DNA from: Roseateles asaccharophilus
GTDB lineage: Bacteria > Pseudomonadota > Gammaproteobacteria > Burkholderiales > Burkholderiaceae_C
Length of the DNA: 32,000 nt
Direction of reading: 5' to 3'
Assembly (NCBI RefSeq): GCF_031458115.1
Contig: NZ_JAVDXV010000006.1
Span: forward strand, 382,276-414,275
Both the position numbers and the translations under genes were made by a program. Under the pieces are notes generated by a model, which was given only the letters and a program-made list of their open reading frames with translations, was not told the origin of the DNA and ran no database searches. Positions 9,196 to 16,699 of this stretch are shown piece by piece. How positions within the stretch are numbered: position 1 is the first letter of the stretch; every line of letters starts with the position of its first letter.

Positions 9196-9197
9196 GC

Positions 9198-9455
9198 ATG
9201 CCCGCCGGCTCGCTCGAGAACGTGATCGTCTGCCGGCCTTCTGCCACGCCAGCCGCTCCCTGCGGCGCCGGCGAGGCCCCGACGGTCCTTCAGGCGTATG
9301 TTCTCGCGCCCTCCAGCTCTTCGTTCGTCGACGCCGCTGCAGGCCCCTACGACTACGCCACGGGCGCCGCCTATTGGTCCGCAGCCTTCGTCTTCACCGT
9401 GTCGTTGTACTTGTGCACCCGAGTCATCGGCACCATCGTCAACATGGTTCGCTAA
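9198..9455 (+). CDS. Small membrane protein, unknown function
   Basis: ATG lies 2 nt after the g5p-like stop. There is a single C-terminal hydrophobic helix (AAYWSAAFVFTVSLYLCTRVIGTIV). Confidence 0.5.
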   Translation: MPAGSLENVIVCRPSATPAAPCGAGEAPTVLQAYVLAPSSSSFVDAAAGPYDYATGAAYWSAAFVFTVSLYLCTRVIGTIVNMVR

Positions 9456-9524
9456 CGCCGCTGGACGCATCCAGCAACCGCCGCGGGTCGGACACCCGCA
9501 CGCTTCAATAAGGAGAACAACAAC

Positions 9525-9740
9525 ATGAAGCTGAACCGTACCGCCGCGCTCGTCGCTGCATCCGTACTGGCCGCACCGGCCGCCTTTGCTGCCGGCCCTA
9601 GCGCTGGTGACCTGTCCAACTTGACGCCCGACGGCGCAACGATCATGACCGCGATTGGCGCCGTCGCCCTCGTGCTCATCGGCATCAACCTGGGCCTCAA
9701 GGGCTTCCGCATCGTCCAGTCCCTGGTCGGCAAGCGCTGA
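9525..9740 (+). CDS. Major coat protein, g8p-like
   Basis: AAGGAG RBS. Signal peptide ends in AFA. The mature ~48 aa has an acidic N-terminus, a hydrophobic core (IMTAIGAVALVLIGINLGL) and a basic C-terminus (KGFRIVQSLVGKR). Confidence 0.8.
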   Translation: MKLNRTAALVAASVLAAPAAFAAGPSAGDLSNLTPDGATIMTAIGAVALVLIGINLGLKGFRIVQSLVGKR

Positions 9741-9748
9741 TAGCGCAG

Positions 9749-9776
9749 AAGGGGCGGCTAACCCCGCCCCTTTCTC
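9749..9776 (+). terminator. Rho-independent terminator/attenuator after the coat gene
   Basis: GGGGCGG-CTAACC-CCGCCCC followed by TTTCTC. This is the typical position after an inovirus g8. Confidence 0.65.
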
Positions 9777-9792
9777 ATCAAGGGGGCCTTTT

Positions 9793-9882
9793 ATGACGAT
9801 CAACGAGCTCTGGTACCTGACGCTGTTCGTGCACGGCGTCATCTGCGCTTGCGCAGTCATCGCTGGCTTGCGGGGTCGTTGA
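9793..9882 (+). CDS. 29-aa hydrophobic protein, g7p/g9p-like minor coat candidate
   Basis: AAGGGGG RBS 6 nt upstream of ATG 9793. MTINELWYLTLFVHGVICACAVIAGLRGR. The stop lies 1 nt before the g3p-like start. Confidence 0.5.
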   Translation: MTINELWYLTLFVHGVICACAVIAGLRGR

Positions 9883-9883
9883 C

Positions 9884-11563
9884 ATGCGCAAGCTGCTCAT
9901 CGCTCTTCTAGCGTTCTCTGTCATCTTCTTTGCTGTTGAGCGCGTACGCGCACAGGCACTACCCTCTTCACCGTTCTCGATCACCGCTAGCGACGCGCTC
10001 ACACTTGCCCGCCAGTCATGGGGAAGTGCATCGCTCATCGTCGGTGGCGGCACCGCCGTCGCAACTACGCTAGCTACCGCTGCCGGCGGCTTGTTCGGTA
10101 TCACGCCTATCGGCTGGGCGGGCATTGGTCTCGTTCTGCTCGCTACAGTGTTGATGACAAGCGACGCCTCTGGCAACTCAATCGCTGTTGTCGTCTCTAC
10201 GCAAGACATCGACGCGTCGCCCAATCCAGACCTTGCTTCGGGCGGTCAGACAACCTCTGGCGTCAGCAACTACTACGCGCTTGCGCCGGTAACGGGCGGC
10301 ATCGTCAAATATATCTCTAGCTCTAGTTGGTCGGCAGTCGGCTCAGATATATTGTCAGAGCCCGCACTACGACTGCGCGCGTATATCGCAACGATGTTCG
10401 CCGTGCCTAACAGTTGGCTGGTCAATAGCATCACCCAGGTCGGCAATACATATGTTGCCAGCAACGGCGGCGATACAACTAATATTGCGTTGGGTCGCTG
10501 CCCGTCTACCTCTTCAGGTTGTGTCGCACTTATATTTACTGCGCCCGTCGGGACTACCAAAGCTGAGTTTGAGTCAGTAATACCGGCCCTGCCGCCGTTC
10601 GCTGCCGCAGCTTGGACGATTCGGCCTAGTGGCGGAGCTCGCCCCTATTTCGCCATCGCAGTTCCTCTGGTTCTCGTCAACGAGATTATCAACTGCGACC
10701 CTTCGACGAGTTACTACGAATACTCTACAGCCAGCTGCATTCTGCTAAAGCCTACAACTACTGAGCCGCTTTCCAACGGTATGTGCCGAGTTAGCTGGTC
10801 TACGGATGGCTGCCCGGTATTCAACCGGCAAGACCCGGACTGCGCTTCAGCAGCCATCACTTTGTCTTGCGGTAGTGCGTCAGTCGCGCCATCGGTCACT
10901 GTTCTTGATCGAGCCACGGGTCAGACAGTTACTACCTCGCGCCCTGCTGTCGCTAGCCAAGGCCAACCGGGCTCTGTAACTGTCAAAGAGCGTACTCCCA
11001 ACGCAGCAAATGGCACTACTGTTGAGCGCTTGACTACAACGCAGTACCAAGCCGCCCCGGCGGGTCAGCCGAAGCCTGCGCCCGTCACCAACGGCGCTAA
11101 CCAGTCGACGTTGCCGGGCACTGGCGCTAACACCGGCAGCACGCCTGTCGCGCAGGTATCTGTGAGCAACTGGCCCTCGGTCGTAAACGTTCAAGGCACG
11201 GTCACGTGCACGAACTGCTCGACCGCTCAACAGCCCGTCAATATCAACGTGCCCGACCGCTTCAAGATTGACGGCGAAGTTCCCGCTGACGCGACCGGCC
11301 TGCCTACGCCGCCTGAGGCCGCCCCGCCAGCCGGCTTCATCACGAAGCTCAAAGAACGCCTTGCCGGCTTCGCAAACATCGAGCTGCCGCCGCACACAGC
11401 CACGTGCCCGCGCCTGGACATCAGCTGGCACGCATGGGGCGTCAATCTCGACTTGTCTAACAACACGATGTGCGCGTTTCTCGAAGAGCACCGCACGCTC
11501 TTCCAGGGCCTCATGCACTTCGCTTACATCGCCACCGCGATCATCATCGTCTTGGGAGCCTGA
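9884..11563 (+). CDS. Adsorption/minor coat protein, g3p-like
   Basis: 559 aa with a signal peptide, paired Cys residues, Ser/Thr/Pro/Gly-rich linkers and a C-terminal membrane anchor (FAYIATAIIIVLGA). Position matches g3. Confidence 0.7.
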   Translation: MRKLLIALLAFSVIFFAVERVRAQALPSSPFSITASDALTLARQSWGSASLIVGGGTAVATTLATAAGGLFGITPIGWAGIGLVLLATVLMTSDASGNSIAVVVSTQDIDASPNPDLASGGQTTSGVSNYYALAPVTGGIVKYISSSSWSAVGSDILSEPALRLRAYIATMFAVPNSWLVNSITQVGNTYVASNGGDTTNIALGRCPSTSSGCVALIFTAPVGTTKAEFESVIPALPPFAAAAWTIRPSGGARPYFAIAVPLVLVNEIINCDPSTSYYEYSTASCILLKPTTTEPLSNGMCRVSWSTDGCPVFNRQDPDCASAAITLSCGSASVAPSVTVLDRATGQTVTTSRPAVASQGQPGSVTVKERTPNAANGTTVERLTTTQYQAAPAGQPKPAPVTNGANQSTLPGTGANTGSTPVAQVSVSNWPSVVNVQGTVTCTNCSTAQQPVNINVPDRFKIDGEVPADATGLPTPPEAAPPAGFITKLKERLAGFANIELPPHTATCPRLDISWHAWGVNLDLSNNTMCAFLEEHRTLFQGLMHFAYIATAIIIVLGA

Positions 11564-11566
11564 CGC

Positions 11567-11863
11567 ATGTACGCAGCACTTCTCGCCGTCCTGGGCCGCG
11601 TTTTTGCGTGGGTCATGGGCGCCGGCACGCTCAAATGGGCCGTTGGAGCATTCTTGCTCTTCGGCGTCACGATCCTCGTCGACATCCTGCTCGACCTGCT
11701 TCCCACTTGGTTCGACCCAGCCCAGCTCGTCGGCGCGACCTCCGTCTTCACGCCCTCGATCTGGTACTTCCTGGACTACTTCGCTTTCCAGACCGGGCTC
11801 TCGATGATGTTTGCCGCGTACGCAGTGCGTTTCTTGATTCGTCGTCTCCCGGTCATCGGCTAA
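11567..11863 (+). CDS. Integral membrane minor coat protein, g6p-like
   Basis: 98 aa, multi-helix hydrophobic, immediately after the g3p-like gene. Confidence 0.6.
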   Translation: MYAALLAVLGRVFAWVMGAGTLKWAVGAFLLFGVTILVDILLDLLPTWFDPAQLVGATSVFTPSIWYFLDYFAFQTGLSMMFAAYAVRFLIRRLPVIG

Positions 11864-11897
11864 GAAGCAGTGATCCCCTCTGGGGACGCCTAAACGG

Positions 11898-12140
11898 CTA
11901 ATCCGGCTTCGTCAGCTCAGCGCTGTGTACTCGCACCGCGTGCGAACCGCTCACTTGACACGTTAGTTTGTCGCCGACTCGCAGATCGCGCCAGTCCACG
12001 CCTTCCACACTCTTCCCTATGCTGAGCTGCAGCCCGCCTTCTGACTCAGCTCTTGCTATCTCGAGCTCTGCGACGACTGCCGTCACTGTCGCCGTGACAG
12101 TCTGCTGTTCGTAGTTCATGTGCTGATGTTGCCTGCGCAT
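11898..12140 (-). CDS. Doubtful reverse-strand 80-aa ORF in the g6-g1 gap
   Basis: It is the only ORF in a 303-bp plus-strand gap. There is no convincing RBS at either ATG (12140 or 12119), and it uses rare codons. Confidence 0.3.
   Translation of the reverse strand: MRRQHQHMNYEQQTVTATVTAVVAELEIARAESEGGLQLSIGKSVEGVDWRDLRVGDKLTCQVSGSHAVRVHSAELTKPD
12082..12098. promoter_or_regulatory. Inverted repeat GTCAC-N7-GTGAC
   Basis: GTCACTGTCGCCGTGAC, about 45 bp upstream of CGCTATACGG motif copy 2. Confidence 0.35.
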
Positions 12141-12150
12141 CGCTATACGG
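12141..12150 (+). promoter_or_regulatory. CGCTATACGG motif, copy 2 (upstream of zot/g1p)
   Basis: CGCTATACGGTCAAAAGGGGG parallels CGCTATACAGGTTCAAGGGGG at 8810-8830. Confidence 0.35.
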
Positions 12151-12166
12151 TCAAAAGGGGGACCGC

Positions 12167-13261
12167 ATGGCTATTCATGCAATCACAGGCGTTATGGGCT
12201 CTGGCAAGAGCTACGAAGCCGTTTCAGAGAAGATCGTTCCAGCGCTTCGAGACGAGGCCGCTCGTCGCGTAGTCACGAACATCGAAGGCTTGTCTGTGCC
12301 AGCTATCGCTGCGTACATCAACAAGCCTGAGAGCGAGGTCGAAGCACGCATCGTTCGAATCAGCTACGACCGCGTCAGCGAACCTGGCTTCTGGTACGAC
12401 CCTGAGCACGGCTCGGGGTCCGAAACCGTTGTCCAGCCCGGCGACCTGGTCGTACTCGACGAGGTCTGGCGCTATTTCAACCGTGGCGACAAACTGCCCG
12501 AGGATGCAATGCGCTTCTTCCGCATGCACCGACACTACGTGAGCGAGCAATCGGGTCTCACCTGCGACGTTGTGCTCATCAACCAGAGCTTTCGCGGTAT
12601 ACACCAGGACATTCGCGACGTAGTCGAGTTGCAGTTCCAATGCCGCAAGCTCAAAGCCCTCGGACGGCCTCAGAACTACCAAGTGCTCTTGCTGGAGGGC
12701 GGCGAGCGCAAGCCCTCGCACGACTACATTCGCACTTACTCGAAGAGGGTCTTCCCGCTATACAGCAGCTACGCCGGCGGCCAGGGCAAAGAGGCTGTCG
12801 ACAAGCGGCAGAGCGTCTTCAACACGCCCTTCTTCAAGGTCGTTCTGCCGCTGTTCGCGGTCCTCATGGTCTTCGGCGTCTACAAGACGTACAGCTACTT
12901 CGCCGACATGGGCAAGCCGGCTGACGGCGCAGCGCTCGTAACCCCATCAGCTGCTGCGTCATCGCCTTCGGGCCTGCCGACGCCGCCGTCAGCTGGTGCG
13001 GCTCCTGCGCCTGCGCAGTCAGCTTTCAGCACTGCGTCTGGCTCCGCGGCCGATTGGCGCCTCGTCGCACGCTACAGCGTCGGTGGCTTGCCTGTTGTCG
13101 TCATGGTCAACGCCAGTGGCCAGTACCGAACTGTGACGAGCGGCAGCTACACGCAGGGCGCGTCCACTGACGTCTCAGTACAGATTCCGCTCGATCCGTC
13201 TGATCGCGCTACGCCTTGGTCTGGCCCTGCTCCTGCATCGACCAAGGGGGCCGCGCGATGA
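12167..13261 (+). CDS. Zot/g1p-family assembly ATPase
   Basis: N-terminal Walker A GVMGSGKS, DE Walker B (VVLDEVW), a central TM helix (VVLPLFAVLMVFGVY) and a periplasmic C-terminal part. Confidence 0.85.
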   Translation: MAIHAITGVMGSGKSYEAVSEKIVPALRDEAARRVVTNIEGLSVPAIAAYINKPESEVEARIVRISYDRVSEPGFWYDPEHGSGSETVVQPGDLVVLDEVWRYFNRGDKLPEDAMRFFRMHRHYVSEQSGLTCDVVLINQSFRGIHQDIRDVVELQFQCRKLKALGRPQNYQVLLLEGGERKPSHDYIRTYSKRVFPLYSSYAGGQGKEAVDKRQSVFNTPFFKVVLPLFAVLMVFGVYKTYSYFADMGKPADGAALVTPSAAASSPSGLPTPPSAGAAPAPAQSAFSTASGSAADWRLVARYSVGGLPVVVMVNASGQYRTVTSGSYTQGASTDVSVQIPLDPSDRATPWSGPAPASTKGAAR

Positions 13262-14610
13262 ACCGCAAGATCGCCCTCATCGGCGGCTTCCTCGTTGTGA
13301 AGAAGATCGTCGTCATCGCGGTGCTGGCGATGCTCGTCGGGTCGAGTGAAGCCCAGCCGGCGCTCAAGCTCCCGCCGCCTCCGGCGCCGGTGCCTGCCTC
13401 CGGCTTTCAGACGTTCGGCACTGGTCTACCCCTTGCCGAGTTCTTGAAGATCGCTCTAGGCGAGCTCTCTGGCCGCCCCTACGTTCTCGCTCCGGAGGTG
13501 GCTGCTTCGTCTCAGCTTGTTGCTGCAGACCTGACTAAGTCGAAACTCAAAGACCCGCTGCCGCTCGTCCGGGCCGTCATTGAGCCGCTTGGCCTCGAAA
13601 TCCGAGACCTCGGCGGCGTTCTGCTCGTCGACAAGCGCCGCACTGAGGCATCGAAGAAGAGTCCAGGTGACACGTTCACCTACCGCCCTCGGCATCGCTC
13701 TGTCAACAGCCTTTCGACGTACTTCAATATGTTCCCCGAGCTCGCTTTCAGCTACTCGGGCGGCCTCGCTGTCCGCGCCCAGACCGTCTCCAGCTCCGAC
13801 TCCACCGAGCCCGGCAAGGCTCTGCAGCCGACCATGAGTAGCGGCGCCACCACTTTTAGCGCGCAGGACAAAGACCCGAGCTTTCTCGTCGTCGCCGGCG
13901 ACGCCGCAGAGATTAGTCGTTTCAAGACCTTGATCGTTGAGTTGGATGTGCCTGTTCCCCAGGTGCTCGTCAAGGCCTATGTGTTTGAAGTCCGGACTAC
14001 AGACGCTCGCGATGGCGGTGTGAAGCTCGTCGCTGATCTGCTTGGCGGCCGCGTCGGCTTCAACCTCGGCGGCGCGTCCAGTTCTACCACGCCGGATGCT
14101 CTACGACTCACTCTTCCCAACGTCAGTCTTGCTGTGTCTGCGCTGGCTGCGGACAGCAGAGTGCGCCTCGTCAGCTCGCCGGTTCTCAGAGTTGATGACA
14201 GCACTACCGCTAGCGCTACTGTGGGCACCTCTACGCCCACTCTGGGTGCTATCGTCAGTCAGAACGGCTCGACCCAGCAGAGCGTGTCATATCAAGAGGC
14301 CGGCGTTTTGCTGTCTGTTAGCGCGCGAGTCCTTGAAGCGAGCATCCGTCTTACCATCTCGCAAGAGCTGTCTAGCTTCGTCAAAACGGACACCGGGCTC
14401 TCGAACACTCCGACTAAGCTCCGCCGCGCTTTCAAATCTGACGTTGTCGCCCGTGACGGCGAAGCTCTTCTGCTCGGGGGCCTGACAGAAGCTCAAACGT
14501 CTGATGCCAAGCAAACCAGCTTCTTCGGCTTCGGCTCAGCCTCTAAGTCGACTTCAAGCTCTGAAGTCGTCGTGCTGTTGACTGCTACTCGTCTCGATCA
14601 GCAGCAGTGA
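13258..14610 (+). CDS. Secretin, g4p-like
   Basis: ATG 13258 overlaps the zot stop as ATGA. Signal/TM N-terminus and a C-terminal secretin-type domain (VLVKAYVFEV...RLVSSPVLRV...YQEAGVLLSV...ALLLGGL). Confidence 0.85.
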   Translation: MNRKIALIGGFLVVKKIVVIAVLAMLVGSSEAQPALKLPPPPAPVPASGFQTFGTGLPLAEFLKIALGELSGRPYVLAPEVAASSQLVAADLTKSKLKDPLPLVRAVIEPLGLEIRDLGGVLLVDKRRTEASKKSPGDTFTYRPRHRSVNSLSTYFNMFPELAFSYSGGLAVRAQTVSSSDSTEPGKALQPTMSSGATTFSAQDKDPSFLVVAGDAAEISRFKTLIVELDVPVPQVLVKAYVFEVRTTDARDGGVKLVADLLGGRVGFNLGGASSSTTPDALRLTLPNVSLAVSALAADSRVRLVSSPVLRVDDSTTASATVGTSTPTLGAIVSQNGSTQQSVSYQEAGVLLSVSARVLEASIRLTISQELSSFVKTDTGLSNTPTKLRRAFKSDVVARDGEALLLGGLTEAQTSDAKQTSFFGFGSASKSTSSSEVVVLLTATRLDQQQ

Positions 14611-14866
14611 GTGAGTCGATCCACATCTGCCATTCCTCATAAAACACACACTCCGTGCCGTCTTCGAGAAGCAGCAAAGCTCGCCTACTTCGCGCGAATT
14701 GAACGCATTTGTCTCTAACTTCTTCACCCATATCAGAGAGCACTACGTACCGAGTGCCACATGGCGTTGCGTGTACCGGTGTGAATCTCTTCTTCGACGC
14801 CACACAGCCTCCAAGCGTAAATATATGTAACAAGCCCGGGTCAGCCAAAAACGCCCACTGAATCAA
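14585..14866 (-). CDS. Orphan hypothetical protein (AT-rich cargo)
   Basis: 93-aa ORF convergent with and overlapping the secretin 3' end by 26 nt. No recognisable motif, and the start is uncertain. Confidence 0.4.
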   Translation of the reverse strand: MIQWAFLADPGLLHIFTLGGCVASKKRFTPVHATPCGTRYVVLSDMGEEVRDKCVQFARSRRALLLLEDGTECVFYEEWQMWIDSLTAADRDE

Positions 14867-14889
14867 GGCAGTTCTTCTAGCGCCTCCAA

Positions 14890-14905
14890 GTCACGATTTC
14901 GTGAC
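14890..14905. promoter_or_regulatory. Palindrome GTCACGA-TT-TCGTGAC (operator candidate)
   Basis: 7-bp perfect arms, 5 bp upstream of CGCTATACAGG copy 3, in a divergent intergenic region. Confidence 0.45.
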
Positions 14906-14910
14906 CTCGA

Positions 14911-14921
14911 CGCTATACAGG
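14911..14921 (+). promoter_or_regulatory. CGCTATACAGG motif, copy 3
   Basis: Identical 11-mer to 8810-8820. It lies upstream of the ORF starting at 14972. Confidence 0.35.
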
Positions 14922-14971
14922 TATGTACGGGCTGCGCGTTGCAGCCCCACCCAACCCTGAAAGGCGCTTCC

Positions 14972-15415
14972 ATGAACTTCGAATACTTTGACGACGGTTG
15001 CCATCACAATCTCGGCGACATCAATACAAATGGATATGTTTTCGTCGCATCTCAAGATGAAAACATTTCGTCTAGTGAGCTTGAATCTGCTGCATATGAA
15101 GCAGACGCGCGTCGCTTCTGCGCTGATTTGAAGACAATTCGTCGCATCAGCATGCTACCTGTGACTTTTCTTACGGGGCACCATGTCGTAGCTTGCATTC
15201 GAGTTACTACAGCGTCTCGGACGTATTCGCTCTACACCAACGATTTTGGTGACAGCCTGCTTGATGAGTCGCACTACACATTGTTCTTCAAACGCAATTT
15301 CAGTCTCTTTCGCTACGATCTTCAGACTCCTCAAGGCCGGGCCGCTGCTCGTGAATATGTTCGTCGCAAGTTGAAGTTTTTGGCACAGCACGGCAAGCCT
15401 TTTGACGGTTATTGA
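14972..15415 (+). CDS. Orphan hypothetical protein (AT-rich cargo)
   Basis: ATG 14972 within ORF 14939..15415 (the track start is TTG). 147 aa (MNFEYFDDGCHHNLGD...) with no recognisable motif. Confidence 0.5.
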   Translation: MNFEYFDDGCHHNLGDINTNGYVFVASQDENISSSELESAAYEADARRFCADLKTIRRISMLPVTFLTGHHVVACIRVTTASRTYSLYTNDFGDSLLDESHYTLFFKRNFSLFRYDLQTPQGRAAAREYVRRKLKFLAQHGKPFDGY

Positions 15416-15528
15416 GTACGCGCGGCGGTCGGCGGACAGCGAGCGAGGAGCGGACGGACACACATGCCTCGCCCGCACCGCAGCGAGGGTCCGTCGCCCG
15501 CCGCGACTCTTCAAAAACTCCAGTCCGG

Positions 15529-15711
15529 CTAGGCCGATTTCGCGCCCGTCAGTTTTGTAATTGCGTTCCTATACTGAATTGGAAGCGTGGTCACACTAGG
15601 GTACACATCGGCGGGCACTGGGGAGTGCCCGTCGTCCTTTCCGAATCTTTCTTCCACCTCGGCCGGCGTCAATCTGACGAACGGCCTCTTTTTCGCGTCA
15701 ATTTCGGTCAT
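15529..15711 (-). CDS. Small hypothetical protein, last gene of the reverse-strand operon
   Basis: 60 aa. Its ATG overlaps the upstream stop as ATGA (15708-15711). KKRPFVRLTPAEVEERF could be a ribbon-helix-helix, which is speculative. Confidence 0.45.
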   Translation of the reverse strand: MTEIDAKKRPFVRLTPAEVEERFGKDDGHSPVPADVYPSVTTLPIQYRNAITKLTGAKSA

Positions 15712-16088
15712 TCTTGATCTTCTTGATGCTCGCCCGCGCCCCGGCGCGGGCCCTGGTCCGGGTTTGCTTTCTTCGCTATCACTAGGTCGCCGACGACGTC
15801 AAACTCGATCTGCTGTCCTGGCCGCAGGTCCATAGCTCTACGTATCGCTGCGGGTATCGTTATTAAGTTCCGCCTGTTCATGGTCGAGTGCCATTGCATA
15901 CTCTGCTTCGCTCGGTCGACTATCGTCTCGACGCGAGGAACAAGCTCAGACTTCAGCGCTTCTGCGATCCAGCGCACTTCGTGCTCAGACGGGTCGTGAA
16001 TTCGAATCTGCGCCACGATCTGCTGCACGAGCTCTGACAGCACTCTGTTGCGCTCAAACTGAATCATTTCTTCGTCACTCGGGATCAT
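15708..16088 (-). CDS. Protein with a C-terminal AbrB/SpoVT/MazE-type DNA-binding domain (candidate phage regulator or antitoxin)
   Basis: NLITIPAAIRRAMDLRPGQQIEFDVVGDLVIAKK fits the looped-hinge-helix pattern. The likely start is ATG 16088 (MIPSDEE..). The track ORF extends to 16130. Confidence 0.55.
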   Translation of the reverse strand: MIPSDEEMIQFERNRVLSELVQQIVAQIRIHDPSEHEVRWIAEALKSELVPRVETIVDRAKQSMQWHSTMNRRNLITIPAAIRRAMDLRPGQQIEFDVVGDLVIAKKANPDQGPRRGAGEHQEDQE

Positions 16089-16434
16089 TTTTGATCCCAA
16101 AAGCTCGGTACGCGGCTTCTCTAGACACAATGTGCTTGTTCTCGGGCGCTGACGCTGCTGCGATCACGCGCAGCGCACCTTCCGCAGTCTTGAACCGCTC
16201 TTCTGTCGTGCGGATGAGCCATCGCACGTCTGCTCTCGTGAGCGCCCAGCACTTCTCGTTCGACTGCCGCATCAGCGGCCGCGCCAGGTATGCGACTTTG
16301 AATCCAGCACTGTGCGCCCGCCTGCGTGTTGCCACGCTTACAAGCTGATCCGCGAGGTCGTTGAGCTTCTCGAAGCGCAAGAACATCTGCCCTTCGTTGT
16401 CGAAGTCCGTCATATCCGCACAGTCTTGGTGCAT
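16075..16434 (-). CDS. Hypothetical protein, first gene of the reverse-strand regulatory operon
   Basis: 119-aa ORF divergent from rep, overlapping the next gene by 14 nt. An alternative start is at 16413. No motif recognised. Confidence 0.5.
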   Translation of the reverse strand: MHQDCADMTDFDNEGQMFLRFEKLNDLADQLVSVATRRRAHSAGFKVAYLARPLMRQSNEKCWALTRADVRWLIRTTEERFKTAEGALRVIAAASAPENKHIVSREAAYRAFGIKNDPE

Positions 16435-16636
16435 TTCAATAGCTTGCCGCTATCGAAAAATCGACGGTTTCGCGCCTCCCGGCTGCATCGAGTTTTTGCA
16501 ATCCTCACTACGTCGGACAGCAGCCTGAGGCTGCATGACTCTACTCTAACGTCGGACGGCATGGGGAGCCTATCTTCTCTCGCTTCAAAAACTCGATGCT
16601 AGACCGTCGCTCCTGAGTCGGCAAAAAGCGCATTTC

Positions 16637-16648
16637 TTGCTATAGCAA
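16637..16648. promoter_or_regulatory. Perfect 12-bp palindrome TTGCTATAGCAA
   Basis: Read directly, in the rep/regulator divergent intergenic region. Confidence 0.4.
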
Positions 16649-16667
16649 AAACCAATCGACTTTCGGG

Positions 16668-16680
16668 GTCAAGACTTGAC
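16668..16680. promoter_or_regulatory. Palindrome GTCAAG-A-CTTGAC overlapping a TTGACA hexamer
   Basis: 6-bp perfect arms, 10 bp upstream of CTATACGGG motif copy 4 (16691-16699). Confidence 0.4.
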
Positions 16681-16690
16681 ATCGCCGGAC

Positions 16691-16699
16691 CTATACGGG
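16691..16699 (+). promoter_or_regulatory. CTATACGGG motif, copy 4 (upstream of rep)
   Basis: Shares CTATAC(A/G)GG with copies at 8812, 12143 and 14913. Confidence 0.35.

Noticed and set aside
12167-13261. Zot as an enterotoxin or virulence factor
   Set aside because: Zot-family membership here reflects the conserved g1p assembly ATPase of inoviruses. Nothing in the sequence supports a toxin role.
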